From: Armatimonadota bacterium
Lineage (GTDB): Bacteria; Armatimonadota; SYMT01
Reading direction: 5' to 3'
Assembly: GCA_041690135.1 (NCBI GenBank)
Contig: JAWLHY010000008.1
Location: forward strand, 1-64,000
Length of the DNA: 64,000 bases
Position 1 is the stretch's first letter; each line of letters begins with the position of its first letter. Made by a program: the position numbers and the translations under genes. The notes beneath the pieces were generated by a model that saw nothing but the letters and a program-made list of their open reading frames with translations, was not told the DNA's origin and ran no database searches. This document shows positions 47,599 through 55,908 of this stretch, in pieces.

Positions 47599-48051
47599 CT
47601 ATGAGTTTTTCACCCCTCCCATCTCCAAGCCAGCCGCGAAGCCGCGGAGAAAGGCTCGGCTCGTCTCCTTTTCGACACCGGGGACGCGCACCAGAACGCT
47701 TTCGATCGGCACTCCCTGCGTGAGGAGGTATGCGGCGTAGACCGTACCGGCCCGCCCTCCGCCGCCCATTCAGTGGATGAGCACAGCCGGGTCCAATTCG
47801 GAGCGGCGCCGGATGAGGTCCAGGGTGGCGCCCAACCCCTCGGGCAGTGGGGAAGCAAAGTCGCGGATGAGGAACGGGTGCCACTCGATGCCGCGCTCCT
47901 CCATCCGCGCCTGGACTTCCGGGCTGACCGGATGCAGCGAGACGACGGCGCGGATGCCCTGATCGTGCAGCCAGTCGACCGTCTCCGGGGTCTCGGGGAC
48001 CCCGGAGAGCGCGACGCGGCCTTCTTCTTCGAAGCGGAAGTTCTTTACCAT
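47599..48051 (-). CDS. Dual-specificity/tyrosine phosphatase with in-frame UGA at the catalytic Cys (probable selenoprotein, 150 aa)
   Basis: GIRAVVSL, RDFASP acid loop, then VLIH-TGA-MGGGGRAGTVYAAYL, which is the HCX5R P-loop; frame stays open to TAG 47599-47601. Confidence 0.85.
47732..47769 (-). promoter_or_regulatory. Putative bacterial SECIS element
   Basis: After the UGA: stem GGCG-GGCCG / CGGUC-(UA)-CGCC closing a GUA loop that starts 23 nt downstream. Confidence 0.65.
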
Positions 48052-49014
48052 TTAAGGACGGATGCCGGGGACATTGAGCTTGATGCGGTAGAGCCCGGAG
48101 CGGGCGGTCATGTAGAGGGTTTTGCCATCGGCATCGCCCCAATGGCAATTGGCGGGCACTTCCTCGGGGCGGATCAGGCCGAGGTACTTGCCGGTAGGGC
48201 TGAGGACCCACACCCCGCCAGGGCCGGTGCCGTAGACGTTCCCTTCCTTATCGACCTTCATTCCATCCGGTAGGCCGTCTTGCTTGCTCTGGGTGACATC
48301 GTAAAAGACCTTACCCGCGCCCAGAGTGCCGTCGGCCTTCACCGGGTAGGACATCCAGATCTTGCGGGCGGCGTCGGAATTGGCCACGTAGAGCGTCTTC
48401 TCGTCCGGTGAGAAGGCCAGACCGTTCGGGCGGGTAAGCTCTTTCGTGAGGAGGGTCAGCTTACCGTCCTTGTACCGGTAGACGCCGTTGAAGGGGAGCT
48501 CCTTGGCCGGATCCTGGTCCTGCTTCGGCAGGCCGTAGGGAGGATCGGTGAAGTACATCGCCCCGTCGGACTTGAAGATGACGTCGTTCGGGCTGTTCAG
48601 CCGCTTGCCTTCGTAGCGGTCCACGATCGTGACGTAGGACCCGTCCTTCTCCCGTCGGGAGACGCGCCGTCCGGAGTGCTCGCAGCAGATGAGGCGACCC
48701 TGGGGGTCCAGCGTGTTGCCGTTCGTGTTCTGGGAAGGGTTTCGGAAGTCGGAGACCTTGCCGGCTTTCGGGTCCCACTTGCGAAGGACGTTGTTCGGGA
48801 TGTCGCTGAAGACAAGGAATCCCTCGTGCATCCAGACGGGGCCTTCCGTGAACTTGAAGCCTCCGGCCAGTTTCTCGATCTTCGCTCCTTCCGGAACGAT
48901 CTTCTTGAACTCGGGTGCGTTGAGGTCGATTCCTTCGCCGGAGGCGCCCTCCACCAGGGGGGCGCAGAGGCAGGCGGCAGTCAAGCTAAGACAAAGGAGT
49001 GCGTTGTGCTTCAT
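48052..49014 (-). CDS. Secreted SMP-30/gluconolactonase family protein
   Basis: FTEGPVW, FSDIP, LNSPND, FTDPPYG, PNGLAFSPD, PDGMKVD; signal peptide MKHNALL. Confidence 0.93.
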   Translation of the reverse strand: MKHNALLCLSLTAACLCAPLVEGASGEGIDLNAPEFKKIVPEGAKIEKLAGGFKFTEGPVWMHEGFLVFSDIPNNVLRKWDPKAGKVSDFRNPSQNTNGNTLDPQGRLICCEHSGRRVSRREKDGSYVTIVDRYEGKRLNSPNDVIFKSDGAMYFTDPPYGLPKQDQDPAKELPFNGVYRYKDGKLTLLTKELTRPNGLAFSPDEKTLYVANSDAARKIWMSYPVKADGTLGAGKVFYDVTQSKQDGLPDGMKVDKEGNVYGTGPGGVWVLSPTGKYLGLIRPEEVPANCHWGDADGKTLYMTARSGLYRIKLNVPGIRP

Positions 49015-49213
49015 GGTGAGTCCGGGAGACGGCGTCGGTTCACCGGATCGTCGCGCTGGAGCGTCGAAACCGAGGTAGGAGAGCGAGACGTAGGAGGCGG
49101 TAGCTCGCAGGCGCGAAGTGCCGGCTCCCCCGCTCTCCCTCAGATTGGGGGTGGGGGAAGCCGGCTCCTCCTGTTGAAATGCGCCGTGTTGGGGCGTGAG
49201 CGGCAAACGGCGC

Positions 49214-49726
49214 TCAGGCTGCGATCGCCTCGGAGTAATGGTGGAGGCCGACGGGGTGGGCACGGTGCATCGCCAACTCTGCCCGTCCGAACTCGCCGTC
49301 GGTGTGGACGAAGACCAGGGTGCGCCCCTCTTTGAGCTCCCGATTGTATTCCTCCGCGGCCCGGCGCGGGAGTCCGAGCCCCACCAGAACTCCCGCAAAC
49401 CCTCCCACCGAGGCTCCCCCAACCGCACCCACCATGGCTGCTGCGAGCGGCCCTGCGGCTATCACGATGCCAGCGCCGGGCAGTGTCAGTGCTGTGAGGC
49501 CGGCCACCCATCCAGCCACGCCGCCGAGGATTCCACCCGCGGCCACGCCCGTGGCTCCTCCCTTGATAACATTCACCCCCAGTTCCTCGGCGTAGTTCTC
49601 GGCTTCGCGAGGGTCCGGGGCGAAGATGCTGATGTTGCGGGACGTGAAACCCGCTTCACGCAGGTTCTCCACCGCCTGCACGGCCTTGCCATGCGAATCG
49701 AAGACTCCTACCACCGTCTGTGCCAT
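49214..49726 (-). CDS. General stress protein (YflT-like with Gly zipper)
   Basis: VVGVFDS...AVENL...IS, GGILGG...PGAG...AAGPLAA, Y...LKEG; AGGAGG RBS. Confidence 0.85.
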   Translation of the reverse strand: MAQTVVGVFDSHGKAVQAVENLREAGFTSRNISIFAPDPREAENYAEELGVNVIKGGATGVAAGGILGGVAGWVAGLTALTLPGAGIVIAAGPLAAAMVGAVGGASVGGFAGVLVGLGLPRRAAEEYNRELKEGRTLVFVHTDGEFGRAELAMHRAHPVGLHHYSEAIAA

Positions 49727-49848
49727 TCCCTGTTACTCCTCCTATTTAGGGTTACCGGATAGGGGAATGGTAAAACGGGGTCGGAATTGGGCGTTCAGGC
49801 GGACGATCCGCGAATTGGGCGAGTAGTCCGAATGGGAAGGGCCTTTAG

Positions 49849-49893
49849 CAGGTGTTCGGGTGTCTGGGTGACCGGGTGTTCAGGTGTTCAGGC
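49849..49893. repeat. Degenerate 8-mer array GGTGTTC(A/G)
   Basis: caggtgttcgggtgtctgggtgaccgggtgttcaggtgttcaggc. Confidence 0.75.
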
Positions 49894-49921
49894 GCTCTGG
49901 CGAGATGGGAGGTTTCGCGCT

Positions 49922-50509
49922 CTACTTCAGGGCCTGGGCAGCGGGGCTCAGGAGCACGTAGAGGATGGGAATGGCGGCTCCGAGGAGGACCAGGATTCCG
50001 CCGCGGCCGGCGAGGCCGTTCTTGCCCGGCAGCATGAACATCCCGGAGAGAGCCAGGAACAACAGTCCGATCGCGTAGAGATCGGCGACGACCGTCCAGG
50101 CCTTCTTGCCCCGGTTCAGGTGGAGCCAGTTCGCGGCCCGGAAGAAGGGTCGCGGCTTCTGGCCTTCTTCCACGACACGCCCAGACTCGGGGTTCACCGT
50201 GAGGGTGCGGTTCTCCATCTGAATCCGGAGCTCGTCCGGGGCGTAGCGTTCCACCTGCTTCGGCGCACCTTCGATGCGAAGTTGGTTCAGCACCTCGCGC
50301 GCGGCGTTGGCGTCGTCCGGCGGCAGGGTACCCTGGAGCGTGTGGGTTTGGCGATAGCGGACGAAGTTGGAGTCCCAGTCCGCGACGTGGTTTACCGCCA
50401 GACCGGAGAGGGCATAGACCACAGTGAGACCCACGGCAAGGTAACCACAGTCTCGATGCAAGGAGCGGACCAGCGGACGCCAGCTCACACGGCGGCGCTG
50501 TTCAGGCAT
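49922..50509 (-). CDS. PepSY-associated TM helix family protein
   Basis: RSLHRDCGY...YALSGLAVNH, NWLHLN, LSG.FM; three TM segments. Confidence 0.85.
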   Translation of the reverse strand: MPEQRRRVSWRPLVRSLHRDCGYLAVGLTVVYALSGLAVNHVADWDSNFVRYRQTHTLQGTLPPDDANAAREVLNQLRIEGAPKQVERYAPDELRIQMENRTLTVNPESGRVVEEGQKPRPFFRAANWLHLNRGKKAWTVVADLYAIGLLFLALSGMFMLPGKNGLAGRGGILVLLGAAIPILYVLLSPAAQALK

Positions 50510-51245
50510 ACCGCTCCTCCAGCCAGGGGTCCGCATGGTTGTGATACCCGCGCACTTCCCAGTAGCCCGGTTCGTCGTGGCTCACGAAGCGGATGCCGGT
50601 AAGCCACTTCGCACTCTTCCAGAAGTAGAGGTCCGGAACGAGGGAGCGCACTGGGGGACCGTTCTCTAGGGGCAGCGGTTCACCGTTCAGGCGGTAAGCG
50701 ACGAGGCAATTGGGGGCGATGGCTTCTTTCAGCGGCACGTTGGCCGTGTAGCCGTGCGCGGCCTCGAAGATCACGTGGGCCGCGGAATCTTTCACGCCGG
50801 CCAACTCCGCCAGGTGGGCGATCCGCACGCCCTTCCACTCCGCATCGAAAACGGTCCATCCCGTCACGCAGTGAACGTCGGCCAGTTGCTCTGTTTGCGG
50901 GAGTGCCAGCAACTCGCGGTAATCGAGCTCCAGAGGGTTCCGCACTTCTCCGTAGACGCGCAGGCGGAAGTTGGCGGGATCAGGATCACCCTGTTGGCCG
51001 CCCATCGGGCGCAGCGCCTCGATCAGGCGTTGATTCGGGGGAAGCCGGGTTCGGCCGTCCGCACGAACCGCATCCAGGGCGGCCTGCTGCTTCTCCGGGG
51101 CCGCCGGGCGATAGAGGATGCCGCCAATTGCTACCACCGCACCTGCCGCGGCCAGGCCCAATATCGCACGCCGATCCATTCGCCGGCCGGCGGGGTGTTC
51201 CGCGGGAAGTTGTTCTGGCGGTCTCTGCTCGTCGTGTCCGCGCAT
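50502..51245 (-). CDS. Molybdopterin-dependent oxidoreductase (sulfite oxidase/MsrP-like)
   Basis: DVHCVTGW, GYTANVPL, NGPPVR, YFWKSAKWL, PGYWE.RGYH..ADPW.EERY; DRRAILG Tat-like motif. Confidence 0.9.
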   Translation of the reverse strand: MRGHDEQRPPEQLPAEHPAGRRMDRRAILGLAAAGAVVAIGGILYRPAAPEKQQAALDAVRADGRTRLPPNQRLIEALRPMGGQQGDPDPANFRLRVYGEVRNPLELDYRELLALPQTEQLADVHCVTGWTVFDAEWKGVRIAHLAELAGVKDSAAHVIFEAAHGYTANVPLKEAIAPNCLVAYRLNGEPLPLENGPPVRSLVPDLYFWKSAKWLTGIRFVSHDEPGYWEVRGYHNHADPWLEERYA

Positions 51246-51297
51246 GGCGAAGCGTCCTCCTCCCCTAAATTATCCACCACGCGTGCTAAAGTAAGGT

Positions 51298-53229
51298 ATG
51301 CCTCCTGTGAGCCCCAAACTTTCCACCGTCAGCCAGCACTTCATCATCGGTACCGCGGGTCACGTGGACCATGGTAAGACGGCCCTCATCCGCGCGCTAA
51401 CCGGCGCCGAAACCGACCGCCTCCGGGAAGAACAGGAGCGGGGAATGTCCATCGACCTGGGTTTCGCCGACTTCAAGCTGCCCAGTGGTCGTCACGCGGG
51501 CGTGATCGATGTGCCCGGTCACGAGCGGTTCCTCAAGAACATGCTGGCGGGAGCCGGCGGCATCGACCTGGTGCTACTGGTGATCGCCGCGGACGAAGGG
51601 GTGATGCCGCAGACGCGGGAGCACCTCGACATCCTGAACATCCTGCAGACGCGCCGGGGCGTGGTGGCTATCACGAAGGCGGATCTGGTGGATGAGGAAT
51701 GGCTGGAGCTGGTTCAGGAAGATATCCGCGGGGTTCTCAAGGGCACTTTCCTGGCTCACGCGCCGATGGTCCCGGTTTCCTCCATCACCGGCGCCGGGAT
51801 CAGCGACCTGCGGAATCTGCTGGACCAGATGGCGGAAGACGTGCCGACCCGCACTATCGTGGGGCCGTGGCGGCTGCCGATCGACCGGGTATTTACCATC
51901 CGCGGCTTCGGCACGGTGGTGACCGGGACGCTGATTGCCGGCGTGGCCCGCGTGGGGGATCGGGTGGAAGTCCTGCCGCGGCGAGTGGAGAGCCGCATCC
52001 GCAGCTTGCAGGTGCACGGGGCATCGGTCGACTTCGCCGAGGCGGGCACGCGGGTTGCCGTGAACCTGGCCGGCCTGGAGGTCGAGGACATCGAGCGCGG
52101 CGATGTCGCTTCCCCGCCGGGGGTGTACACCGCCACCCAGGCGCTGGATGCGCGGCTTGACGTGCTGGAGAGCTGCCCGCGCGAGGTGCGAAACCGGACG
52201 CGCGTGCGCGTCTATCTGGGGACGGCGGAAGTTCTCGCCCGCCTCAACCTGCTGGACGCCGAGGTTCTGGAGCCGGGCCAGAGCGGCCTGGTGCAACTCC
52301 GGCTGGAAACCCCTACTGTGGCCGCCAAGGGCGACCGCTACGTGCTGCGGTTCTACTCGCCGATGGACACCATCGGCGGGGGAACGATCATTGATCCCAG
52401 CCCGGTGCGCCACAAGCGGTTCGATGCGGCCGTTCTCGCCAACATGGCGGTGAAGGAGAAGGGTACACCCGAGGAGTTGGTGGCGGAGACGGTTCAGCGC
52501 TCCAATCTCACCCCGATCGCCCCCCAGGCCATCGGGCAGGCGCTGGGCATGCCGCTGGAAGAGGTGCGGAGGCTGGTCGGGGAACTGAAAGAGCAGGGCG
52601 AACTGGTGGGGCTGGAGGGAGAGACGGTGGTCCACCGCCACCGGCTGGACGCGGCGGGCCACCAGGTGGTGAGCACCCTCTCCGAGTATCATGCCGCGCA
52701 ACCCATGCGGACCGGAATGAGCCGCGAAGAGCTGCGCAGCCGCCTATCCCGGCAGATGGACGCCAAGGGGTTCAACCTGATCCTGGGCCGGCTGGAAGCG
52801 GAAGGCAAGATCGTGTCCGAAGGGGGGCGCGTCCGGCTCGCCAGCCACAGCCCGCAGTTCACCCCCGAACAGCAGCGGATCGCGGAGGCCTTCGAGCAGG
52901 GCCTGCTCGCCGATCCGTTCAATGCCCCGTTCTACGAGGATCTCCGGTCCGCTGCCGGCCTCCCCGCGAAGCCGGCGCAGGAAGTGTGGGAAGCCCTGAT
53001 CGACAACGGCCTCGTGGTCCGCATCACTGCGGATGTGTTCCTTCACCGGAAGGCGGTGGACCAGGCCATCGCACGCGTTCGCGAGTACCTGGCCGAGAAC
53101 AAGACGATCACCGCGGCCCAGTTCCGCGACCTGCTGGGCACCTCCCGTAAGTACGCCGTACCCCTGATGGAGTACCTCGATGCGCAGCGGGTGACGCGGC
53201 GACTAGGAGACGCAAGGGAGCTGTTCTAG
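51298..53229 (+). CDS. selB: Selenocysteine-specific elongation factor
   Basis: [35 protein letters not shown], and C-terminal winged helix [14 protein letters not shown]. Confidence 0.97.
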   Translation: MPPVSPKLSTVSQHFIIGTAGHVDHGKTALIRALTGAETDRLREEQERGMSIDLGFADFKLPSGRHAGVIDVPGHERFLKNMLAGAGGIDLVLLVIAADEGVMPQTREHLDILNILQTRRGVVAITKADLVDEEWLELVQEDIRGVLKGTFLAHAPMVPVSSITGAGISDLRNLLDQMAEDVPTRTIVGPWRLPIDRVFTIRGFGTVVTGTLIAGVARVGDRVEVLPRRVESRIRSLQVHGASVDFAEAGTRVAVNLAGLEVEDIERGDVASPPGVYTATQALDARLDVLESCPREVRNRTRVRVYLGTAEVLARLNLLDAEVLEPGQSGLVQLRLETPTVAAKGDRYVLRFYSPMDTIGGGTIIDPSPVRHKRFDAAVLANMAVKEKGTPEELVAETVQRSNLTPIAPQAIGQALGMPLEEVRRLVGELKEQGELVGLEGETVVHRHRLDAAGHQVVSTLSEYHAAQPMRTGMSREELRSRLSRQMDAKGFNLILGRLEAEGKIVSEGGRVRLASHSPQFTPEQQRIAEAFEQGLLADPFNAPFYEDLRSAAGLPAKPAQEVWEALIDNGLVVRITADVFLHRKAVDQAIARVREYLAENKTITAAQFRDLLGTSRKYAVPLMEYLDAQRVTRRLGDARELF

Positions 53230-53510
53230 CCTTCGGCCCATAAAGATAAGGATTACGATTAGGATTAGGAAAGGACCGCCCGAACTGCAACAGCAGTGCT
53301 TTGGATTGTGTCGCTTTCTCGCGTGCAGTCCGTCCACTCCGGGGTCCTATACCCTTTGCTCCGTCGGGTGTGCTGCGCCGGGGAAACTGTACAAATCCCT
53401 CTGGTGACCGCAGTGGCGCTTGCCCCCCGTACGTCACCTTCTGGCCCTGGAGTTCTGCTGCGAATTCTGCAAAGCGGGCGAACGGGGACAAAGGCGGCGG
53501 TGCGAATGTG

Positions 53511-53615
53511 GACAGCGTTAAAACGCTTGACTACTAGCCAGTGGTCCCGGTTTCCCAGGGCACTGGTGCCAGGTCCCTCCTCGCAATTACGGACAGCGCT
53601 AAAGCCCTAGACTAC
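53511..53615 (-). repeat. Two GTAG REP palindromes in direct orientation
   Basis: gacagcgttaaaacgcttgactac (53511-53534) and gacagcgctaaagccctagactac (53592-53615). Confidence 0.7.
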
Positions 53616-53687
53616 AAGCCGCAGGTTCCGGTACACTGCACGGACTTTGAGGTACCCAAGCGGGTAACTCCGAAGCCTATATGGGGA

Positions 53688-54140
53688 TCATTCCGGCGGT
53701 GTTGACCGATCCGGTAGGATGTCGCGCCAGTGCCGAGTATCAACGAACCGCGACAGGTGGCCCACTTTCTCGGTCGCGACGATTCCTCCGACGGTTTCCG
53801 CCTGTGCAGCAAGGATCACGTCTCCATCCAACGCGTCTCGGCTGGCGGTCGGCACTCCCTGGTTTCTAGCTTCCGCCCAGAACTCGGCAGCCCTTTCCAT
53901 CACGGCTGTATCGATAGGCAGATACGTGAGAGCTAACCGGAGGCGGTTCAGCGCCTCGACGCTCCTTCCGGCACGGATTAGCTCCCGACGCACTTCGTAG
54001 TCTGCGATCTCGGGAACGTAGATCTCTGCTCCTGACGTGAGCAGTTCGCGTAACCAGACCTGGACGGGTTCACTGATATGCGCCCGAGGATGCGTGACCT
54101 TCCCTAATGGCCCTGTATCCAGAACGATGCGCTCAGGCAT
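53688..54140 (-). CDS. PIN-domain (VapC-like) toxin
   Basis: IVLDTGPLG, PEIADYEVRREL, LDGDVILAAQA. Confidence 0.88.
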   Translation of the reverse strand: MPERIVLDTGPLGKVTHPRAHISEPVQVWLRELLTSGAEIYVPEIADYEVRRELIRAGRSVEALNRLRLALTYLPIDTAVMERAAEFWAEARNQGVPTASRDALDGDVILAAQAETVGGIVATEKVGHLSRFVDTRHWRDILPDRSTPPE

Positions 54141-54417
54141 CAAAGAGCACCCGCTCGCCGGTAGCGCGGCGATTTGCCTCTAACCCTGCTTTCAATTCCT
54201 CCCATTCACGGTCGCCTTCCACAGTACGTTCTGTTTTGAGCCATTCGTCCATCAGCGCAATAGCCTGGCGGTTCCGTTCCACCTGTTTGGCCTGTGGGGC
54301 AGTCAATCGTTCCTCAAGGACGCTGCGCGCGAAGTCTTCCGGTGCGCGTCCTTCCTGGGCAGCGGCGAGGCGGAGCCGTTTTTCCATTTCGGGAGTGAGT
54401 TCAATCGTCAGTGACAT
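54133..54417 (-). CDS. Putative antitoxin (ribbon-helix-helix-like)
   Basis: LTIELTPEMEKRL...AAQEG; overlaps the PIN gene start by 8 nt. Confidence 0.8.
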   Translation of the reverse strand: MSLTIELTPEMEKRLRLAAAQEGRAPEDFARSVLEERLTAPQAKQVERNRQAIALMDEWLKTERTVEGDREWEELKAGLEANRRATGERVLFDA

Positions 54418-54467
54418 GGGCCGGGACCTCGCTCCGGATTTTGATTGTTCCCTTCATTTTACCGGAA

Positions 54468-55895
54468 TCAGGCCAGCAGTTCTTTGACGACGTGGCCGTG
54501 AACATCCGTGAGGCGGAAATCGCGGCCGGCATAGCGGTAGGTGAGCTTCTCGTGATCGAAGCCAAGCAGGTGCATGATCGTCGCCTGGAGGTCGTGGACG
54601 TGCACGGGGTTTTCCACCGCCTTGAAGCCGAAGTCGTCGGTGGCGCCGTGCACGTAGCCGCCTTTTACCCCGCCGCCCGCCAGCCAGGTGGTATAACCCC
54701 AGTGGTTGTGGTCGCGACCATTAGCCTTGGCCTGGAGCTCCACCACGGGGGTTCGACCGAACTCGCCGCCCCAGATCACCAGGGTCTCCTCGAAGAGGCC
54801 GCGTTCTTTCAGATCGGTGAGTAGCGCGCCGATCGCCTGGTCACACTGCTTGGCGAGGCGGCGGTGGTTGACCTCAAGGTCGTCGTGGTTGTCCCAGGGC
54901 TGGCCGGCGCCATGCCAGACCTGGACGTAACGGACTCCCTTTTCGATGAGCCGTCGCGCGGTGAGGATCTGGCGCGCCTGGACTCCGGGCCCGTATCGCT
55001 CGCGCACGTGCTGTGGCTCCCGGTTCACATCGAAGGCGTCGGTGGCCGCCATCTGCATGCGGTAGGCAAGCTCCAGGGATTGGATCCGCGCTTCGAGCTG
55101 CGCGTCCTTCTGCCGTTGTTCGAGGTGCCGCTGGTTGAGTAGCTGAACCAGGTCCAACTGTTCCCGCTGGCGCTGCGGGGAGAGGGTGTGGTTCTTGATG
55201 TTTTCGATCAGCTTCTCGATACGGGTCTGCTGGGGATCGATATAAGTACCCTGGTAGATCCCCGGGAGGAAAGCGGAGCGCCAGTTGTTAGACTCCTTGA
55301 TCGGATAGCCCCCCGGGCACATCACCACGAAGCCGGGAAGGTCCTGGTTCTCGGTGCCCAGGCCGTAGAGCACCCAGGAGCCCATGCTGGGGCGCTCCTT
55401 ATTGGAGTCCCCGCAGTTGAGGAGCATCAGGGAAGGCTCGTGGTTCGGCACGTCCGCCCGCATGGAGCGGATGACGCAGAGGTCATCGACATGTTTGGCG
55501 ACGTTCGGAAACAGTTCGCTGACCTCGATCCCGCTCTGCCCGTACTTCTGGAAGGTAAAGGGCGAGCGCATCGCAGCGCCCGTCTTCCGTTCCGTCTTCA
55601 GACTGCCCGCCGGGAGCGGCTGCCCGTGATACTTGGCCAGCATCGGCTTGGGATCGAAGGTATCGACCTGCGACGGGCCCCCGTTCATGAAGAGGTGGAT
55701 GACGTGCTTGATCTTCCCCGGGAAGTGTGGGGCCTGCGGTGCGAGCGGAGTCAGCGACCGCGCATCGGCGGCGGCCGAAGCCTCGTTGCCCAGGATGCCC
55801 GCCAGTGCCAGCGCGCCGAAGCCGGTGCCGCAGCGCGCCAGCAGCTCGCGCCGGGTGAGAAACAGATCTTCCAGTTGTTCGCGATGATGGGACAT
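54468..55895 (-). CDS. DUF1501 family protein
   Basis: LTRRELL, HLFMNGGPSQVDTFDPKP, WGGEFGRTP, GRDHNH. Confidence 0.93.
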   Translation of the reverse strand: MSHHREQLEDLFLTRRELLARCGTGFGALALAGILGNEASAAADARSLTPLAPQAPHFPGKIKHVIHLFMNGGPSQVDTFDPKPMLAKYHGQPLPAGSLKTERKTGAAMRSPFTFQKYGQSGIEVSELFPNVAKHVDDLCVIRSMRADVPNHEPSLMLLNCGDSNKERPSMGSWVLYGLGTENQDLPGFVVMCPGGYPIKESNNWRSAFLPGIYQGTYIDPQQTRIEKLIENIKNHTLSPQRQREQLDLVQLLNQRHLEQRQKDAQLEARIQSLELAYRMQMAATDAFDVNREPQHVRERYGPGVQARQILTARRLIEKGVRYVQVWHGAGQPWDNHDDLEVNHRRLAKQCDQAIGALLTDLKERGLFEETLVIWGGEFGRTPVVELQAKANGRDHNHWGYTTWLAGGGVKGGYVHGATDDFGFKAVENPVHVHDLQATIMHLLGFDHEKLTYRYAGRDFRLTDVHGHVVKELLA

Positions 55896-55908
55896 GGGGG
55901 CTCCGTGG

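Noticed and set aside
47610-47858. 82-aa ORF as a separate gene or frameshifted phosphatase C-terminus
   Set aside because: The P-loop continues in the same frame as the upstream ORF across the TGA, so no frameshift is needed.
53230-53687. tRNA-Sec (selC) downstream of selB
   Set aside because: No cloverleaf with a TCA anticodon found; the region holds GATTAG-like hexamers and two REPs.
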